NCBI GenBank assembly: GCA_013265495.1
Contig: MU058423.1
Coordinates: forward strand, 7,822,721-7,886,720
Origin: Vicugna vicugna
Taxonomy: Eukaryota
Reading direction: 5' to 3'
Length of the DNA stretch: 64,000 bases
Under the pieces are notes generated by a model. The model saw only the letters and a program-made list of their open reading frames with translations, had not been told where the DNA came from and did no database searches. The stretch's first letter is position 1. Each line of letters begins with the position of its first letter. The position numbers were made by a program, and so were the translations under genes. Below are positions 28,648 to 43,222 of the stretch, one piece after another.

Positions 28648-30107
28648 TGAGGTTTTGAAAGATTCTTTATTTTAAAATGTTTTGTTTCTTATTTACTTCT
28701 TCTTTTAACGTCTGTAAAACCCTGTAATTTTTCCTATAGAGTTTGCTATAGAGTATATTCGAGCTAATCTAGTTTTACTATAGCAGTTTCTTCCTTGGAA
28801 TTCAATTCCTGTGACTGTTTGCAATGCATTCAGTCAGAGAAACCAACCTTCTTTAAGCATAAATGAATTTTAAAAACCCTCACCAATTTAAAGCCAGATC
28901 AAAAAAAAAAAAACCTTTAAGAGAGCTAAGAAACATGAACAATATAAAACTTGCCTGATAAGATCATCTCCCTGTATTTAACTTTTTTTATTAAGACTTC
29001 TGTCACAAGTCTAACTCCTGTAGTCTTCATTCACCTACAATTAATGGCTTTTTAACACTTCCCACATTATAACAAATTCTTTTCTCATAGTTTGAAGCAT
29101 GGTTTAGTCATGCACTACTCTAAAATATTTCAAATAAAAATGAAGACTATTGGTTTTTCAAATAGAAATTTACAAAGTCAAATGGAAGGAATGTCCTGGT
29201 AAAACAATTTCCCTGCTATCAAATAAAAGGTACAGAAAAAATTAGTATTCGGAGCTCTTTAGCTTTTTGTCTGTTTTTACCACTGGATAACTCTGGTAGA
29301 TCAGAAAAAGTCAGATTCCAAAAGAAAAGCAACTCTTCATTTTCAAGGATTGTTTGCAGTTACTACTAATAATTACACTATCAATCAATGTGTAATTAAC
29401 TGAGTAGAGTCAGATCAAATTAATTACATTATTTGCCAGATTCACCCAGTGTGCAGGGCATTTGCAAGGCGTACTTTGACCTCCTTCTACATTTTCATCT
29501 CCTTTGAGTCCCTTAAGGTACCTCAGCACCTCTGTTACTGAGATTCCCCTCCTTCCCTGCATGATGTATGTGGCAGGAGGGATGTAAAAGAGATTTGTAG
29601 TTATGAAGAAAGCATGATATGGCATCAACAATTAAAAACAAAGAAAATTATATTAGTTAATATTTTCTGAGCCAAATTGCTTCAATGTTCATGTACCTGG
29701 TGGTCTGTAACAGCTTAGTTGAATTAACTCTTTCAGGAAATGAATCTAAACTAAGAAATTCACAAATAAGTTACATTTCAAACTTAGTAATTGGGCTTTG
29801 ATATTTGTATTTCTTGTGTGAATAGATATTAGTTTGGTTATTTCCTATTTGTTACTGAAGGAGGAGAATCAGCTTTTCAAAATCATGCATGATTCTTCTA
29901 GCCCTCTTGTGAGTTTAAAGTAAATTCATTTTCTTTACTTTGTGATAGGTAATCTGTTGGTTGAAATATATGAAGTATTGATATGGTTTATGATTGTTCT
30001 AACACAACTGAACCTCCCTTTGGGTGACAAAAAATAAACAGAATCCAGAAAAGTTTGTACTATGGGTATTCAGTGGAATGGAGTAATCGGGTTGCAAAAG
30101 ATTTATT

Positions 30108-30127
30108 TGTGTGTGTGTGTGTGTGTG
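30108..30127 (+). repeat. (TG)n microsatellite
   Basis: About 10 TG units. Confidence 0.85.
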
Positions 30128-30964
30128 AGCATGTTTTACAGAAGTGGCATACTGTACACAAGTAATCTCCCTACTTTAACTATTCAGATAATTGTTCATA
30201 TTTTAGGACTCTCATTGTGAAAAACGAAATGAAGCTGTATTTCCTAGATTAAGATAATAAAATCTTAATGCTGGAAAGGATCTTAGAAACTATCCAGGCC
30301 AGTTATTTTTACACTATTCTTGGCAGCAGTGCCTTTTTTTTTTAAATTAAATCTTATGTAATACACGCTGAATAAATATTTGCTGAATGAAATCTGAAGT
30401 GAAAATCCAATATGTAAAACAGGTCACGGGTGAACTAATAAATGATGGGGGAAAAGCATCTCCTGGGCCTCTACCATCTGTTCCCTCCCCACACAGTCAA
30501 CCCCTTCCCTAGTCAAAAAACCTCCACAGAAATCTTAGAACTCTCAAGAGCTTAGTTGGAAACATGACTGATCTAATCCAACCTCCTCAGTCTGCAAGTG
30601 GGAAGACTGACTCAAAATATCTGAGTGACTAAAGAGAGAGATTTCCCCCAGCTGGTCAATGGCAGAGCCGAGGGTGGAAGGACTGACTGCAGTCCCGACA
30701 GGAAAGTCGTCCCACCAAACTGCTCGTCCTTGCCCTTCCTGGTCTCCGGTGCCACGCTGGGTTTTCTCTGCCCTGCTCAGGGGGCTTCCCATGACCCCGG
30801 ACCTCACTGTCCTTAGTCGGCAGGGTTAACAGCTCCCTTCCCAGCAGGTGTAACTACGCTATCCAGACTTTCTTAGTTTTCTCTCCCTATGTTCTCACTC
30901 TAGACAGTATGAATGGTATAAGCCTGCAACTGTGTATACATCTCAAAAATAAAAATGAATGAAT

Positions 30965-31248
30965 GAACAGAAACAGACTTACAGACATAGAAAACAAACT
31001 TATGGTTACCAGGTGGGGAAGGGGGTAGGAAAGGATAAATTAGGAGTTTGAGATTTGCAGATACTAACTAATATATATAAAATAAACAAGTTCATACTGT
31101 ATAGCACAGGGAACTATATTCAATATCATGGAGTAACTTATAGTGAAAAAGAATATGAAAACAAATATATGTATGTTCATGTATGAGTAAGAATTACGCT
31201 GTACACCAGAAACTGACCTAACATTGTAAACTGACTATACTTCAATAA

Positions 31249-31278
<30 letters not shown>
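30965..31278 (+). mobile_element. 5'-truncated cetartiodactyl-type L1 3' end with (TA)n tail
   Basis: acagaaacagacttacagacatagaaaacaaacttatggttacc...gtatagcacagggaactatattcaatatc...gtaaactgactatacttcaataaa(TA)n. A 12-bp TSD aaatgaatgaat sits at 30953-30964 and 31279-31290. Confidence 0.9.
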
Positions 31279-31279
<1 letters not shown>

Positions 31280-32259
31280 AATGAATGAATAAATAAATAA
31301 ATAGTGTAGGTCTTAAAATTTGTTTTTGAGTGTTTGTGGGATGTGAAAATAGTGAAAAATGCAGATTTACACAAATATAAATGCGGTCTTTCTTTAGAAT
31401 GGTAGTTTCAAATGGTCTGGGAAAAACGTAAGAAAAATAGGGTTTTAATCATTAAAGGCAATTAAACCTGTTTATGGCAAGTATCTCTGAAATAGGCAAT
31501 GTACATGCATTTGATTGTCTCAATATTCCAGGATATATTTGTTAGTAAGTAGTTAAACATAGCTCCTTATTAGGGGAATAAGCTCCCTCTTGTTTCTCTC
31601 AGAATTTTGAAGCATTCCTTTATCCTCCTCCTTGGCCTTGTTTCCCTTCTTTGCTTTTCCTTCTAATCTACCTCTGGGCCCCTCTGGAGGAGCTGGTGTC
31701 TGTAGAGGCAAAGCCTGGGCTCTGAGGAGGCAGGCTCCCTCTGGCGCTTCTCTCTGATGCACAGTAACTTCCCCCTGAGGCTGAGCTTCTGAGAAATCCC
31801 CCATGCTGTGGACTCCACACCAGGAAGAATCTGGAAAAGAGCAATTAAACAAGCAGAGGACATTCAGCAGACACCAGCTGTTCTCAGTCAGCCCCACTGC
31901 TGCGTAGGAAGAGGCCTCGAAGGGACCTGTAGGCATAAGCGATTTGTTTTGCTACGTTTTTGAATGTCCAGCCGGCTTCCCCTCATAAATAACTACTTCA
32001 ATGAGTTAGTCAGGTTTAAGTTCTTGAAAATGAGTAGAATGCCCTCATACAAACTCAATACTCTCTAAGTTCCTTAACTCACCAGTTTTTTCAGTCCTGG
32101 ATGAAGATAACTGACTTCTGTGTCTCTTCCCAAATCCTTAGGCAACGCCTGTTTTGTGAAAGAGCAACTAAACAAACTAAGGAAATGGATGAGAGAACAG
32201 AATGGTAAATGTTGAAAGTCACAGAGAATGTGACAATCGCCTTTTTAGAATAGAATTCT

Positions 32260-32515
32260 GACATGGTAAGAGAGTAGATTTACTCTTGTCTAAGTACAGA
32301 AGTAGGGCCAAAGGGGGAAAATTACAAAGGAAGTTCAGATCCAGCCCTTCAGTTTTCCACCAATAGAAAGGGCTGCCTATGGAGCAGTGAGATTCCTACC
32401 ATGCAGAGTTCAAGTGCAAACACCAGAAGAATATACAGGAGAAGCGTCACTGAGCAGAAGGACACAGGACCAGATATGACTTCCAAATCCTCCCCAACTC
32501 TGTCATTGTCATTTC
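32260..32515 (+). mobile_element. L3/CR1-like 3' fragment
   Basis: gggctgcctatggagcagtgagattcctaccatgcagagttcaag...gacttccaaatcctccccaactctgtcatt. Confidence 0.5.
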
Positions 32516-33921
32516 CATAATATGAGCAGAAGTGATTAACCTAAATTTGATGGTATCTTTGGGTTTTTGTTTGTTTTTTATAGTTGTTTTTCTTAGAACC
32601 TTGAGGTTGCTTTGAGTAAAGAATATACAATTCTTATTTCAGTTCCCTAAGAAATAGGAAGAAAACTGCTGTGCAGTGACATTTTTATTAACACATCCTC
32701 CAGAACACAGCTTCTTTTAGCGTGGTCTGTCAACATCGCTGTAATTCCTGCCCTCACACTTCTTCTCTCCCCACAACCTAAAGCCATTAGCATGCTAAAC
32801 CACATTTCATTCTCTGAGACCAAACCGATCCCCAGACAGAAAATTTGTAAGGGGTTTTCATCACTCAGTATCTCCACTCTAAATCTAGTAGGTTTTAGTA
32901 CTGGACTTTTCTCCTGCTTTATTTTCCCCTGCCTTGTACACCAGTTTTAGTAGCTAGATCCTTTATTCCTTTTTGCCTCAGTCTGTACTTTTATGAAATG
33001 CCCAGAAACTCAGCATAAACCATAAGACCTAGCAATGTTCAACCAGCTGATTTAGTGCTCTTCAAAGTTTTCAGAATTCTGCCCCTTTGCCTGCCCCTCT
33101 ACTTGTGTCTTGCTAAGCCTTTACTGCTAACTACTCCGCTGTTAACTGATACTTGTTTCCATAGCTTAGGTAATCCCCTCCACCCGCCTGGGTGCATTTC
33201 CTCTAAAACAGTTGTTTTTTTGGCTAGTTGTCAATGGATATAGACCATCTATCTGCATGTGTCTGCAGAGGCTGAACATAAAGAACACTGCTCTGACATT
33301 TGGAGAAAACTGGTCTTATGACATTTACTAAATGGGTGACTTGGGAAAAACTGCTTAAGTTCTTTGAGTTTTAGTTTCCTCATAAATAAAATAAGATAAT
33401 GTCTGCTTCTGAGGGTAGTTGGTTCAAAAGAAGTGAGCCTAATACAAGAGAAGGGATTTTACAGAAAGAAAAACATACTGAGATACAAGATATTTTTATT
33501 CCTACCTTTACCTTAGTCCTCAGGATCTTTCTTTTCTGGTTAACAAGCCCCTGAAGTTTGGGAGACTTCTCACATAGGAGCTTTATATTTATAAAGCATA
33601 GATTTGTAATTAAATTATAAGCAAAGAACCCAAAATTGAAATCCAATTGTTAAAAATTATCATTTTAATTCTTCTATTTAGAGCATTCTTAAATATTTCA
33701 TGATTTTTGTAATATTAAAAACTGCTAAATAGTTCATTTAGTTCTTCTAATTAATACAAAAGGTTCAAAGAGAACTGCATCAGTAATCACTGATTAGCAA
33801 TGCTTTGGGTCGTAACAAACTCTGTGCACCCTCCAGGTCCAAGTGCTCAGCTGCACAGCAGTTCAGAAAATGCTACCAGGATTATCTTCATCATATATAA
33901 AAGGGAATTTCAGATAACTGG

Positions 33922-34160
33922 CAGTGCAGTGTGGTAGTTAAATGTTCAGGCTCTGAAATCAGACTGTGCGAGTACAAATCTGAGCTCTACTGATAACCCC
34001 CTGTGTGACTTTGAGCAAGTTCCTCTCTATGTCTCAATTTTCTCACCTATAAAATGGGCAGAATAACATCACCAAGTCTGCAGAGTTGTGATACTCAAAG
34101 GCAATAATCCATGTGAACTGCCAACCTCATGGCCAGAGCCCCATGAATGTTTGCTATTAC
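33922..34160 (+). mobile_element. MIR SINE (near full length)
   Basis: gtgcagtgtggtagttaaatgttcaggctctgaaatcagactg...ctgtgtgactttgagcaagttcctctctatgtctcaattttctcacctataaaatggg. Confidence 0.8.
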
Positions 34161-36106
34161 TTTACATGAGTTTTATTGACACCTAAAATAACTGCTCTTA
34201 TCAGTTAAAGTGAGAGGAGGTCTTTTCTCATTGGTATCAAAAAAATGTAAATTATTTCTTTCCACCTGAGGTTGGTTTTATCTGGATCCTTTTTTCAGTG
34301 CCAGTTAGGATGCCCTAAAAGAAAGCACTAGAGATGCTCTAATCCTTTGTTTACCACTAACTCTGACACAGAAGTCTCTATCAAAACCCACGAAAGTCCC
34401 AAGCACTCATCTTTTATACAAGCTTTTTTTTTCTCTTTTGAGCTACCTTTTTCTTGTCAAAGAGGTAACCTGTTATAGTTGAGATCATTCAAATTAACTC
34501 TGTAGTAGATAAGGCCATGGCTTGTTTCAGTAATTCTTACAAGAAGACAACTGAAAGCACAAATAAGACTGGAGTCTACTTTTATTCAGGACGAATGCTA
34601 AATGAACATCAAATCCTAGTCTCCTCTCTGCCTCCCTCACTCCAGACAGCAATGACAACTCGCCCTGCCATGACAAGCTCCTCACTGGTTAGCCAAACAC
34701 TTGGCAAGTGAACATCAATATTAATGATGCCAGGTTTAATGCTCAGTGTTTGCACTGCTGTTAAATATATTTTAATACTGTAACTGGGTGGCCCTCACTC
34801 TTTTATATAAAAGCTAAATTTATTCTAACAACAAGCCTTAATTTTCTGACATTTGAGATTTGTGTCCAATGTCGAGAGAAGTCTAGTTGAAACTACAGGA
34901 CCTATGTCTAGATATATTAGTTCCATATTGTTACTCGGCTTAAACCTTTAATTATATCATTGAAACTACCCTGCTAAGCTATTCCTATGTCCTTTCTGTA
35001 GACCATCTCTTTGCATTTTTCTCCTTTAATACAAAAAGAATAACACAGTAATCTTTCAGATCCTACCTGATTCTAATAATAGATAATTCTAAGTATATCT
35101 TTCTATTCTTTCAGGTATAAATGCTAGAAAGTAGAGGTGAGGGGAATGGAAAATAAAGGAATAATAATGAATCCATCACCCCATAAATAAAAGGCAGCAC
35201 AGGCCACTTCTATGAACTATCTGAAAAAAGGAGACTAAAAGATAGGTTTGGCACCATTTGCTTTTCATTATAGATCAAGGACAAGGACATGACGTCTTTA
35301 TGAGCTTCTTGAGTTTGTAACTTATAGTTTCCCCACAATTGTTGTTGGAATGCCTGTAAGCACCCTGTAGTGATTATCTCTAAAGCCCTTGAAAAGAAAA
35401 AGAACTGTATGTTGGCTGATGGTATGTCATGAGCCAGGGCCTGGGAGAGAATAAGTAGATTGTACCTATTCTGCTGTAAATTCAGGAGACAGAAGAGCCC
35501 ACAGACTATGGCAGATCTGTGGAGACAGAAATCAGCCTGGTTCAGTCCTTTTAAGAATTTGCTTCCTACCAAGCAAAACACTCCAGTCCAAAGGCAAACA
35601 GACCAGCCCAGTAACACTGGACATCACGCAAGACCGTTCTCTGCTGGCCTCCATTCACATCCTTGTTCCCAGCTCCATCTCAGCTCTGACCCTCAGCCCT
35701 TCCTTCCTCCTTCCCTGGCCTAGTCCCGCCAGCCTGTTTCATTAAACACCTTCATTTCCAGACAGAATTCATCTCCCTCTTCTCCTGGTCATGTAAGAAA
35801 TACTCCCCTATCTGCTGACTACCTGGAAACTACAGCAGGAAAGACAGAGGAAAGCGAGAGAATGTTAGGTCCCAGCTGTAGACGTAAGCCAGAGCTCAGT
35901 CAGAAGCTTAGCCAGAAGCCAGATCAATCAGCTGCATTGATTTATCTGACATTTCGCAGGAAAAAGAAACTCAGGAGCGAACTGGATTGTCTATGTAACA
36001 TTTGTTAGGCAGATTTTTTCAAAATCCACATGACTCAACTTGGAAAATAATTATCTGGAAACCCAGCATCATATCGATATGGTCGCAGTGTTGGAATTAA
36101 AAGCAA

Positions 36107-36428
36107 GCTGTACAGTCCAGTAAGGAGGGCACTGTGGCTACTGGGCACCTGGAATGAGGCTAGTCCAATTGAAGTGGGTCATAAGTGTCAAATGCACATT
36201 CAATTTCAAAGACAGTACAAAAAAGGAGAAGAACACAATGTAAAGTATCTCATGAATATTTTTATATTGATTACATGTTGAAATGGTAATATTTTGGATA
36301 TATTGGGTTAAATAAAATATATTACTAAAGTTAATTTCACTTGTTTCTTTTTACTGTTTTAAACCTGACTACTAGAAAATTTAAAATCACATATATGGCT
36401 CTCATCATACTTATACTGGACAGTACTG
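36107..36428. mobile_element. MER33-like (hAT-Charlie) DNA transposon
   Basis: tattgattacatgttgaaatggtaatattttggatatattgggttaaataaaatatattactaaagttaatttcacttgtttctttttac...actagaaaatttaaaatcacatatatggctc...ggacagtactg. Confidence 0.8.
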
Positions 36429-37835
36429 GTCTGGCTTCATACATAGCTCTGCTACATACTAGTTGTGCATTCTTAGGCAGGTTAACTGATTTTCTCTTCC
36501 ATGAAATGGGAATAATAATAATTCCCGCTTCTTAGTGTCCTTCTTTGTACCCTTGCAAGTCAAGGGATGCGAGCTGTCCCTGGGAAGAGGGCCTGACCTT
36601 GAGCAGGCAGCATTCTTCAGCCTTGGCCATCCCTGAGAGAACTCAAGTCAAGCCACTGATACTGTCAGCGGCTGGAAGAATGAAGGAGTGCCTCTCTGGG
36701 TGGTGCTTCAAGGCATCCATGACAACTTCTGACTGAATAATGGAGGATGTATGTTTAAAGCAGAGTTCTTTCTAAAAAAGAACTAGACAAAAAAAAAAAT
36801 GAACTACTTATTTTTGCAATTGACAGAATGTACTTGATATGGAAGATAGGAAATAGCCACTGTATCTTTTAGCTGGATATAGACTAATTATTAAAACAAG
36901 ACACATGAAATGACAACACTAGATAATACATAGTAAGTGCCTAGTGAAGAGTATCGACAATCCTTTAGAACGGGGAGAAACCATGAGCACTGGGTGACCT
37001 GAGGGTTTATAAAGGAGGGATTCCAAGCAGGAGAAGCACAAGTAACACACACAGGTATGAATCAAGGCAACATGCTTTCAGGACACGTGGCCAATTTGGT
37101 TGGAAAGCAGTTTCCAACCTAGGTAGATACAGGAGGTAAAAGTAGAAATCCAAATAGAAGGCAGACTGTGGCAGAACAGGAACGCCACGACAAGCCAGGG
37201 GTCTAAGGGGGTAGGGTGGTAAGTGCACAGAAATAATTTGGGGGGATCGATTTGACAGCCTATATCAAAATACTGTCTTTAACCCCTCTGAGACTCTATA
37301 TCCTTTGCTAAACAAAGCTGATCTAATTATTTTACTCTATATTCTCATATGTCACCCTTCCATCTTTATTAGTAAGTGACCCTTCAATAAATGGGAAACT
37401 CTCTGAGATAAGGTTTTGCTTCAGAATATCACACATGAACAAACAGAAAAATATATACTAATAATTACGATTTACTGTTGAGAAAGACAAGCTAATGAAT
37501 CTTACATAGGAACACTGGTGATATGTGATTAAGTGGTTAGCAGACACTTCTAAAGTTACATCAAAATGTCCAAAAATGCAGAAAGCATTAGGAAGTGGTA
37601 TAGGATGAAAAAATAGTTAATAATACGGAACTGAAAGAAAAAGAAAAATTCTCTCTCTGGGCACTGAATAAGGAAGGTGTAACCGAATGAAGCCTTGCTG
37701 TCTATGTGAATTGTTTCATCTCTTCCTTTTTAACTTTAAAGAATAAAAACACAAACATTATATCAAAAAGATGCTTTGCTTAAAATGATACAAACTCATA
37801 TTCTCTTTATCCCATAATTGTGTGTCTGCTGTTGA

Positions 37836-38042
<207 letters not shown>

Positions 38043-41000
38043 TGAAAAGAAAATATGGGAAAGCCAGTAATGATGAGGAGGGTTCTTCCAATTTCTGTCC
38101 CTCTTCTCAAATAAATGTTCTCCCCTTCCTGGAAAGTAGCACTTCATGCTCCTTGCTCTGTTGTTCTTACCATATGACTTCTACTTTTTTCAACCTTGCC
38201 TTAAGACTGGCTTTCTGTCATGTCTTAATACCCAAGCAGTCTCTCCTTAAGAAAAAAATAATAGTATAAAGTCTTATTCCAATGCCAGAAATTTAGCTTG
38301 GACTCTCAGGATCATACTAGACTCTAAGCTCACACTTTCAGATCTCATTAACAACCTTCTAGGGTGGTTAAAACAATGGCATACAATATGTAAGCTATCT
38401 AGACAGATAATGAATAATTCTAAGTATTTATCGTCATTCTCTAAGTCATTCCTTTGAACATTAAGCTCTTCAATTTCACTCAATACCATTCTCTCCATAT
38501 AATTTACTTAAAGTGGATCCATAACAATCAAATGCAGAATGCCCTTGATTTACTCTCTTTCACAGATAAAAATCATGTCATGAAAGGTTATTTATGTTTA
38601 CAGAGAAAAGAAAAAATCAGTGAATGGTTGTTTCTATTTTTCTCACTCAAACTATCACTGTGTTGGTCTCTGAATATAGCTGGACAGCTAGAGTGGCCAG
38701 ACTTATGGAAGGATGACAAACATGTTTGAATTTTAAATACCTCTAGGGATAATAAGATAAATTTGGTAGTATGTGTTTTTGGAGGATATCATGCTCAACA
38801 ATTCACTCAATGCAATATCATTTCCAAGATCATCTACACAATTATAGCACTGAATAGGAACATACTATGAAAATTAAGAGAAGTCAGAAAAATGAAAGCA
38901 CTGAATTTGTTAATACAGACATTCCTAGTTTATGCAATGTTAAGTCTAGCCACAATAACTTTCTTCCACTGACATATAATTAAAATAACTTTCTTCCCTG
39001 CACATGATTTGGAAGTGTACTGAGGTGTAAAGATTTTTAAGACTTCTTTTTATATTTCACACAAAAATTAGTTTGTTTTCCTCCCCCATCCTTGGAGTCA
39101 TCATCTATTTGCTCTTTCTTCTTAAGTCTTTTTTTTTTTAAAGATACAATCTTTCCTGCTCCCTCAATATCTTGTCTCCCAGACAAGAGCAAATGCACAT
39201 GTCATTCAAGTTAATAACTCTAGCTAATGTGCCTCCCAACTATTAGAAATCATGACATATGAACTATGATTATTCTTGGGTATTGTTTTCCAGCCTGGAT
39301 TTTATTTATTTCTATGAAAAAAAATCAAATATACAGTTTAATATTATTTGGTTACTAGGGAAATTAATTATATTGGTAAAAAGATTTAATCTTTTAAGTC
39401 CAATTTTGCTTTTCAATTAACTTGTACTTCCTCTCAGATTACATTCTGATTCAATCTTCTTTTCTATGCAAAAACATCTTTTTTCAATATCAACTATAGT
39501 GAGAAACATTTTCTTAGACATCATAATCTTATTTGGATTACAATTTTCAGTATAGCATTGGATACACACCCACACACACAGGCTCAGACATTTCTTCAAA
39601 ACTCAGTTGAAAAAATTCAAATAAACTATAAATGTCAGTCTAAGTAGATAATACCCTCTGAACGTTCTAAGTAAAATGTATTCAAGTGCTATGACAAAAC
39701 CAGGAATTAGGGAAGGATAAATAAGGCTAAAAGAGTACAACAAAGGAAGCTGATCGAAAGCAATCACTGAAATTTACATAATCCTCCAATATGCAATTTG
39801 TTTAACATTTTAAAGAAATTCTAGAAAATTACACCTTTAAAAAGTCATCAATACCTAAACGGCAAAAACCAAATAAAATTCAGTAACAAAATCAAGGTCA
39901 CTATAAATTAGATTTATCAAATTCACTACCTGGTAGTGTTATGTCAACAGAAAAGCAGTAAAGTGTGTGCAACATTTAGAGTACCCTGAAGGAAGGAAGT
40001 AGCATTGGTTTGCCGCACTGACCCACAGAAAAAAACAAGCATTCCTTATTCTGACTGAGCCAGTCCCTTGCCAACAGCTCTGTGGTTTCACATATATTCA
40101 AGGTATCAGATGGCAAACAGGAGCGTGACCTTTAAGCAGCTCATTCACCATTAACCAGAGGCTTGATTTAGTCATCTAATAAGGGAAGATTCTTAATAAG
40201 AATAATACTAATAACAGTCGTTCCCATCTATTATACTTGTATCTACTCCTTTTAATTCTTATAGCAAGGTTAATTGTCCTTCTAAGTTTACATAAAAGCA
40301 AACTGGTGCTGTTTGAGGCTAAAAAAAAAAACAAAAACTTACCAATGTCATGCAACCAGTAGGTGTGGAGCTACAGCAGATCGATTCTGCATTTTCGCAA
40401 CACCATGCCAGTATCATTCAAAATGCCACTGGTGGAGCCCACACTTATTTAACTGGTGCTCTGTCAAACATTTTAAACAAGTATTTATATTACTGAATAT
40501 TAGGAAAATGACAACTGGTTTCACAATATATCAGGCCTTAGTATGTCCAAACTTAAATGCTTCACTTTTTAAAAAATGTGTTAGTTCTGCAGCCTCTCTG
40601 TACAGTTCTGCATTGTCTAGGTCAATATTTCTTAAAGTGTGATTTTTGGAATAGGATACTGGCAACATTCCCCCAATAAAATAATTTTAAGAAACATGGT
40701 ACATGATACTTCACTCTTGAAGATTTCCAACACACAGCTTAGTACTAAAGGTTCTGTGAAGACCTACAGTGAAGAACTCTCTTTCAGGAGTTGCACCCTC
40801 CGCAGCAGACTCTCAAGCACAACGGGGACACCTCCTCCGCCCCAGACCCGTGTTCAAGGAAGACATGTAATTGATGAGAGACTTGAAGGTCCTCAGCCAA
40901 TTCTATTCTTTCTCTTCTTATCATAAATCAAAAAATAAAAAGGAAAAGTTTGATAATTAAAAAAAAAGAAATCTCTATTTTTGTTAACCCCAAGGCTATC

Positions 41001-42909
41001 CAAACATGCTGAGCTGTGGGGTATTTTTTTCAAGTAGCCTCCACACTAATTACGAATGAGAATGAAAATCTAAGTTAACATGTGTTTAAGTTCAGAAAGA
41101 TGTTAAGATATTTTATTCATATGAAGAATGAGCTCAAACAATGATGAGCGAAGGGGGACAGTGAGCTTACCACACCACGTGGAGAGAGTACATGGGGACA
41201 TATGTAGAAAGCTGAACGGCAGAACATCAGACAGAAGACACTGAAAGAGCAACCACAGCAGATGACTCTCCTTCCTACAAGTGTAACTGTGGGGATCCAG
41301 CTCAAGCATCATCAGGAAACTGACTCTCAGTGGGCCCCCATAATCAGTGGGAAACTAAACAGTCCCAGGTGCAGCCAGCAGGAAAAGCAAAGGGACCCTA
41401 GAACCTCCTTCCCAGTCAGACAGCTCCATCTTGAGCCACTGCCCCAAACGTAGCTCTTGTAATCATACACGGTTCTACAGTACTGCAGGTCACAACCAGG
41501 TCTCGGCAAAAACTCTCAGTGACTTCTCCCATAACACGAACAAGGCTGAAGATTAATTTGACAGGGTAAGTTAGAGGCAAAGAAAGAGAGAGAATGTTTT
41601 AACTTTATCCAGAATACCTCACTTGCCTATCATTTCCTAACTGTACAGACTCTGCATAAGTACACAGAATTCCTAGGAGAATACTGGCCAAGCCAGTGAT
41701 GAGTGTCTTCACAGACAAATGTTATATTTAAATGCACAATTTCTTTAACACAAATGGCTTTCCCTTATTCATGCTTAGCCATAATGGCACTGAAAATTAT
41801 TTTGAAAGCATTGCATTTATCCAAGATGCACTTACCATGCTTTCAATGTTGTCTCAGTAATTTTATGCTGAATCAAAAACTTTCTTTTAAATGAAGCTTT
41901 CTACAGTAGGAATGATAATAAATTAAGAAATATTTGGAAGTCATGTAATACTATAGTCTAACCAGTGACAGGAGGAAGAAATTATTCTTAAAATATTAAA
42001 ATACTTATTACCTATTACTATTATTGAAAGCCTAAGATAAACTTACCCAATAGGTATTTATTGAGAAATTATTCTGTGTGTAGCTCTGTGTAAGGTCTTG
42101 GGAATAAAAGGTATGAATAAGACACAGCCTCTAACCTCATGGAGTTCACAGAAGGGCAGCCACTTCTCTGCTTTGATTCACACACATTACACAATTACTT
42201 TTAATATAAGCTAGACTGCAGCATATCCTGAAAAGGCAGGATTCGTAAGGGACAGAACTATGGCTCAAGAGAGCAGAAAAAGAAACAGAAAATTATGACC
42301 TACTCTGACCAAAAAAGCAGAGGAACTAAGGCCAGCCAAGGCAGCAGAATTCACTGCCTTTTCTGAATGTTCCAATTCTGAGGAATGTCTTGACAATGGG
42401 CTCTTTAAAACTAGCTGGTCCACTAAGCTTCGTGACTTTATCTGATGATAAAAATTTACATATGAACAAACCATCCTTTTCCTGTTTATAACTCACAATT
42501 TTTACAACGAAAACAACTTTTTATGTATTATGTACACAAAAATGCTTATTTAAAGATATCTAGAGTAACACACAAAAATAAATGAAATGAAGTAAAACTC
42601 ACCTGAAATCCCACAACCATTTTTTGATGCTCATGCTTTCATATATTCATTTATGCATGTAAGACATATAATTCTATGCAGATGGCTTCATATGTAATAT
42701 TTACCAGGGACCGCTTTCTACCACTTTTGTTACTTCTCCTCTCACCTACACCTCACCCCTCACATCTCACAGAAAACTAATGTTAACAAACCTAATATGT
42801 ATTCTTCTAATCCTCCCATATCTCTCTCCCTGTTTCTTTTGTTTATATACTCTATTTTCTTTTACATCCGAGGGTATGCGTGTACATGCACCTGTGTATA
42901 TGTGTGAAA

Positions 42910-42968
42910 AAGAGACAGACAGACAGACAGCAGGAAGAGAGGAGGAGAGGGAGAGAGAGAGAGAGAGA
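42910..42968 (+). repeat. (GACA)n / (GA)n microsatellite
   Basis: gagacagacagacagacag...gagagagagagagagagaa. Confidence 0.8.
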
Positions 42969-43060
42969 ATTTGATTTAGAATAAAAGGATCAAATTAATA
43001 TGAAGATCTTTACATTTGCTTTTTTCACTTGCTTTTCTCATGTAAATTCCACATGTTGAG

Positions 43061-43222
43061 CAGTGTTTCTCAAAATGTATAAACAGAAATTGCTTAGATA
43101 CCTTGATAAAAATGAAGATTCTAACTCAGTAGCTCCGGGGTGGGTCCCAAGATCCTGTATTTCTCATGAGCTCCCAGGTGATGCAAAAGCTGTTGCTCTA
43201 CAGACCATACTGTGAGCACCAA
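43061..43222. mobile_element. MER5A-like DNA transposon
   Basis: cagtgtttctcaaa...ctcagtagctccggggtgggtcccaagatcctgtatttctcatgagctcccaggtgatgc...cagaccatactgtgag. Confidence 0.75.
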
